This document shows, in pieces, positions 61,565-64,000 of a stretch of DNA of 64,000 nt. Below the pieces are notes generated by a model. That model had not been told where the DNA came from, ran no database searches, and worked only from the letters and a program-made list of their open reading frames with translations. Within the stretch, counting starts at the first letter, position 1, and each line of letters opens with the position of its first letter. This DNA is from an uncultured bacterium. Lineage in GTDB: Bacteria > Hydrogenedentota > CAZGCA01. The stretch lies in the NCBI GenBank assembly GCA_964524145.1, contig CAZGCA010000005.1, forward strand, positions 31,038 through 95,037, read 5' to 3'. The translations under genes were made by a program, and so were the position numbers.

Positions 61565-63229
61565 CTACATAATGTCGCCCAAACCCGGGCCGATCTTGGG
61601 GTCGGTCATGACGTTGACACACGCGGGCCGCCCCGAATCGATGGCCCGCTCAATCGCCGGGGCAATCTCGTCAGGTTGCTCGACGTACTCACCGTGTCCC
61701 CCCATTGCCTCGACAATCTTGTCGTATCGCCGCGGCGCAAGCTGACAGGCCACGGTCTTCCCATAATTCTTCTCGAATTCCCGTTCAACCATGCCCCAGG
61801 ATTGATCGTTCCCGATGACCGTCACGAACGGGATATTGTGGCGAATCGCCGTATCGTATTCCATGCAGGTCAGGCCGAAGCTGCCGTCGCCTGTAGTCAC
61901 GATGACCTTCTTGTCCGGGTGGGCCAGTTTGGCGGCGATGCCGAACGGCACGGCCGTACCCAGGCAGCCGAAGATCGACGACGACAAGGACAGAAACTGG
62001 CCCGGACCCGTGGCGGGCAAGCTGAGAACACCCCACACGGTCGTGTCCCCGCCACCGACGGCCACGACGGTGTCGCGATCCACAAACCGGGACACCTCGC
62101 GAAACAACCGAAGCGGATGAATAGGGACTTGGCCGGAAGTGGCCAGCGGCTCCATCATCTGGGCCACCTGGTTGCACGTCGTTTGAAGTTGGTCGACCCA
62201 TTCCTTGTGTTCCTGCTGCTTGACCCCTTGCGTCAACTGCCGAATCACCACGCCCGCGTCGCCCACAATACCGACGTCCGGCGTGCGTCCGTCGCATAGA
62301 GCGGACGGCTCGACGTCTACGCGGATGATCTTTATCGAGTCGGGAATCTCCTTCGCCTCGAGCATAAAATTGAATCGCGTGCCCAACATAATGAGCAGGT
62401 CCCCTTCGGCCAGCGCCGCCATCAATCCAGGATGCTTTCCTAACGCCGGACCCATGACTTGCGAATGGTCGTCGGGCACACAACCCCGGGCAGCGCTCCT
62501 CGTAAAAAGAGGTGCGCCGGTCTTTTCGATAAATGCTTTGAGGTCATCCTGCGCCTGGGCCCACCATACGCCGCCGCCCGCTACAACCACGGGCTTCTCG
62601 GCCTTGTCAATCAGCTCGATGGCCCGATCGATATCCTCCGGATTCCCCGCCGGCGGCGAGTGGAGAAAGAGCGACTCGGGTATACGCACTGAGTCACTGT
62701 CCACTTGGGTACACAAGCGGTCCATGGGCACTTCGATGTACGCCGGTCCCGGACGCCCCGTCGTGGCCTCACGCAGGGCTTTGCCGACGTACTCGGGAAT
62801 ACGCTCGGTCTCGTACACGGATCGCGCGTATTTGGTTATTGGTTTGACGACGTCGAGTTGAACAAAATCCTGCAAGGCGCCAGTATCAAACTCATTGACC
62901 GATACTCGACCCCCAAAGACCAGCATGGGCACGGAGCCGGCAAAGGCATTCGCAACGCCGGTGAGCATGTTCGTGAAGCCCGGGCCGGCCGTGCCGATGC
63001 ATGCGGCAGGTCTGCCCGTAGCCAACGCCCAGCCCTCGGCCATGTGTGCGCCGGACTCTTCGTGTCGCACATCGATTACGCGAATCCCTGCCTTCGCACA
63101 ACCATCAAATATCCCGTAGATATGTCCGCCAACGATCCCAAAGAGGTGGGTGATGCCCGCGTTCTTCATAACCTGCGCGGCCAGATGGCCACCGTATATT
63201 CCAGACATAGCTAATTCCTCCATTTCCAT
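61565..63229 (-). CDS. Thiamine-pyrophosphate-dependent enzyme of the acetolactate-synthase large-subunit family
   Basis: N-terminal TPP pyrimidine-binding domain (GITHLFGIVGGHIYGIFD...GTAGPGFTNMLTGVANA) and a C-terminal TPP-binding GDG motif (TTGDGSFGL). Confidence 0.65.
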   Translation of the reverse strand: MEMEELAMSGIYGGHLAAQVMKNAGITHLFGIVGGHIYGIFDGCAKAGIRVIDVRHEESGAHMAEGWALATGRPAACIGTAGPGFTNMLTGVANAFAGSVPMLVFGGRVSVNEFDTGALQDFVQLDVVKPITKYARSVYETERIPEYVGKALREATTGRPGPAYIEVPMDRLCTQVDSDSVRIPESLFLHSPPAGNPEDIDRAIELIDKAEKPVVVAGGGVWWAQAQDDLKAFIEKTGAPLFTRSAARGCVPDDHSQVMGPALGKHPGLMAALAEGDLLIMLGTRFNFMLEAKEIPDSIKIIRVDVEPSALCDGRTPDVGIVGDAGVVIRQLTQGVKQQEHKEWVDQLQTTCNQVAQMMEPLATSGQVPIHPLRLFREVSRFVDRDTVVAVGGGDTTVWGVLSLPATGPGQFLSLSSSIFGCLGTAVPFGIAAKLAHPDKKVIVTTGDGSFGLTCMEYDTAIRHNIPFVTVIGNDQSWGMVEREFEKNYGKTVACQLAPRRYDKIVEAMGGHGEYVEQPDEIAPAIERAIDSGRPACVNVMTDPKIGPGLGDIM

Positions 63230-63445
63230 AAGCCGCCATCACTACAACGATAGGCCTCGAGCGATGATAGCAGAGGGCCGCCCGGCCCCGCACCATCCCG
63301 GAAGCAGGCGTCAACAGCCAGAACCCGGCCTGCGAAGACTTCAATATGCACCATGAACCACCGTGGTACGGAACAGTATGCCCGGTGGCGTACGAGGACC
63401 GGAGGAGGCGACTCCCTCCTCCTCCTCGATTTTCGCAAACCGTTC

Positions 63446-64000
63446 CTATAGCCCCCGCCCGTCGCCGGCCGCGTCCGCGGAGAGGTCAACTGTCGCAGCA
63501 GTCGTACGACCTTGCGCCACACGCACCGAACAGGAGACCGTTCTACCGGCTCCGGAAACGGTGATCGTGTGGGGCCCCGGGTCAACGAGCCGGAACTCGA
63601 ATCCACCATCTTCATCAGTCTGAAGCATGAATGTCTCGTCAAGCACGACGGCAGCTCCCGCAACAGGTTTTCCGTTCGCTCTGACGATGTCTTTGATGCG
63701 GCCCGTTTCGTCGTCGTCCAGCCCGGAGAATGAGAGCAGGCCGCAGAATATCGCATACGCCTCTTTGCGCTGGAACCCTGTGCTGTCGAGCTTGTCCTCT
63801 GCCAGGACGGACTCCGGCTCGAACGGGTGGACAGAGACGGCAGGGCATCCGGTATGAACGAGCGTATACGCCACGCTCGGGACGGCTCGCGCTTCGATCG
63901 TTCCAACCGCTCCGGCAAGATAGTCGATGATCTGACGTGAAAGCTTTATACCTTCGGGGCTCTTGGGATAGTGGGAAACATAGGTGACACTCGAAATGTC
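63446..64000 (-). CDS. Protein with a C-terminal carboxypeptidase-regulatory-like (CarbopepD_reg) beta-sandwich domain. The N-terminus lies outside the window.
   Basis: ANGKPVAGAAVVLDETFMLQTDEDGGFEFRLVDPGPHTITVSGAG is the CarboxypepD_reg motif. The frame stays open to base 64000. Confidence 0.5.
   Translation of the reverse strand, partial: DISSVTYVSHYPKSPEGIKLSRQIIDYLAGAVGTIEARAVPSVAYTLVHTGCPAVSVHPFEPESVLAEDKLDSTGFQRKEAYAIFCGLLSFSGLDDDETGRIKDIVRANGKPVAGAAVVLDETFMLQTDEDGGFEFRLVDPGPHTITVSGAGRTVSCSVRVAQGRTTAATVDLSADAAGDGRGL

Overview
High-GC (roughly 60-65%) bacterial chromosomal segment, almost certainly from a diderm organism (BamD-like TPR lipoprotein, LptE-like, MATE efflux and exosortase-like genes), but its flagellar operon follows the Firmicute/spirochaete gene order. 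Main content:
(1) A HEPN/MNT toxin-antitoxin pair, a secreted beta-propeller glycosidase-like protein, and an ECF sigma factor whose C-terminal half is a PheS-like class-II aminoacyl-tRNA-synthetase core. This fusion is the most unusual feature in the window.
(2) MATE efflux, a compact exosortase-like protein, and a bamD-like - lptE-like - holA block convergent with rpsT, followed by divergent murJ.
(3) A 1643-aa surface protein with TSP3-like calcium-binding repeats, near-identical tandem Kelch repeats, triplicated Ig-like modules and a C-terminal double dockerin.
(4) A 17-kb minus-strand flagellar/motility cluster (flgB through fliP, with motAB, flbD and fliL) that lacks fliM, fliQ, fliR, flhB and flhA. 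Upstream of it sit a sigma-54-dependent response regulator, a cytoplasmic PAS histidine kinase, a small protein and a 1000-aa TPR protein, all chained by ATGA start/stop overlaps.
(5) A ~5.9-kb compositionally mixed island (IS-transposase remnant, nucleoside-hydrolase-like, RhaT-like, ribokinase and URO-D-like genes) bounded by 79-bp direct repeats that duplicate the 3' end of a radical-SAM gene.
(6) An NSS-family Na+ symporter with small membrane-protein partners, a YvyF-like zinc-ribbon protein, an orphan type IV pilin with a strong terminator, ORF-free structured regions carrying a GGTAAG operator-like array, and a sugar-utilisation block (GH28, a sugar-binding protein, a TPP enzyme).
No rRNA, tRNA or CRISPR arrays were seen. 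Many long antisense or out-of-frame ORFs in the supplied track are high-GC artefacts.
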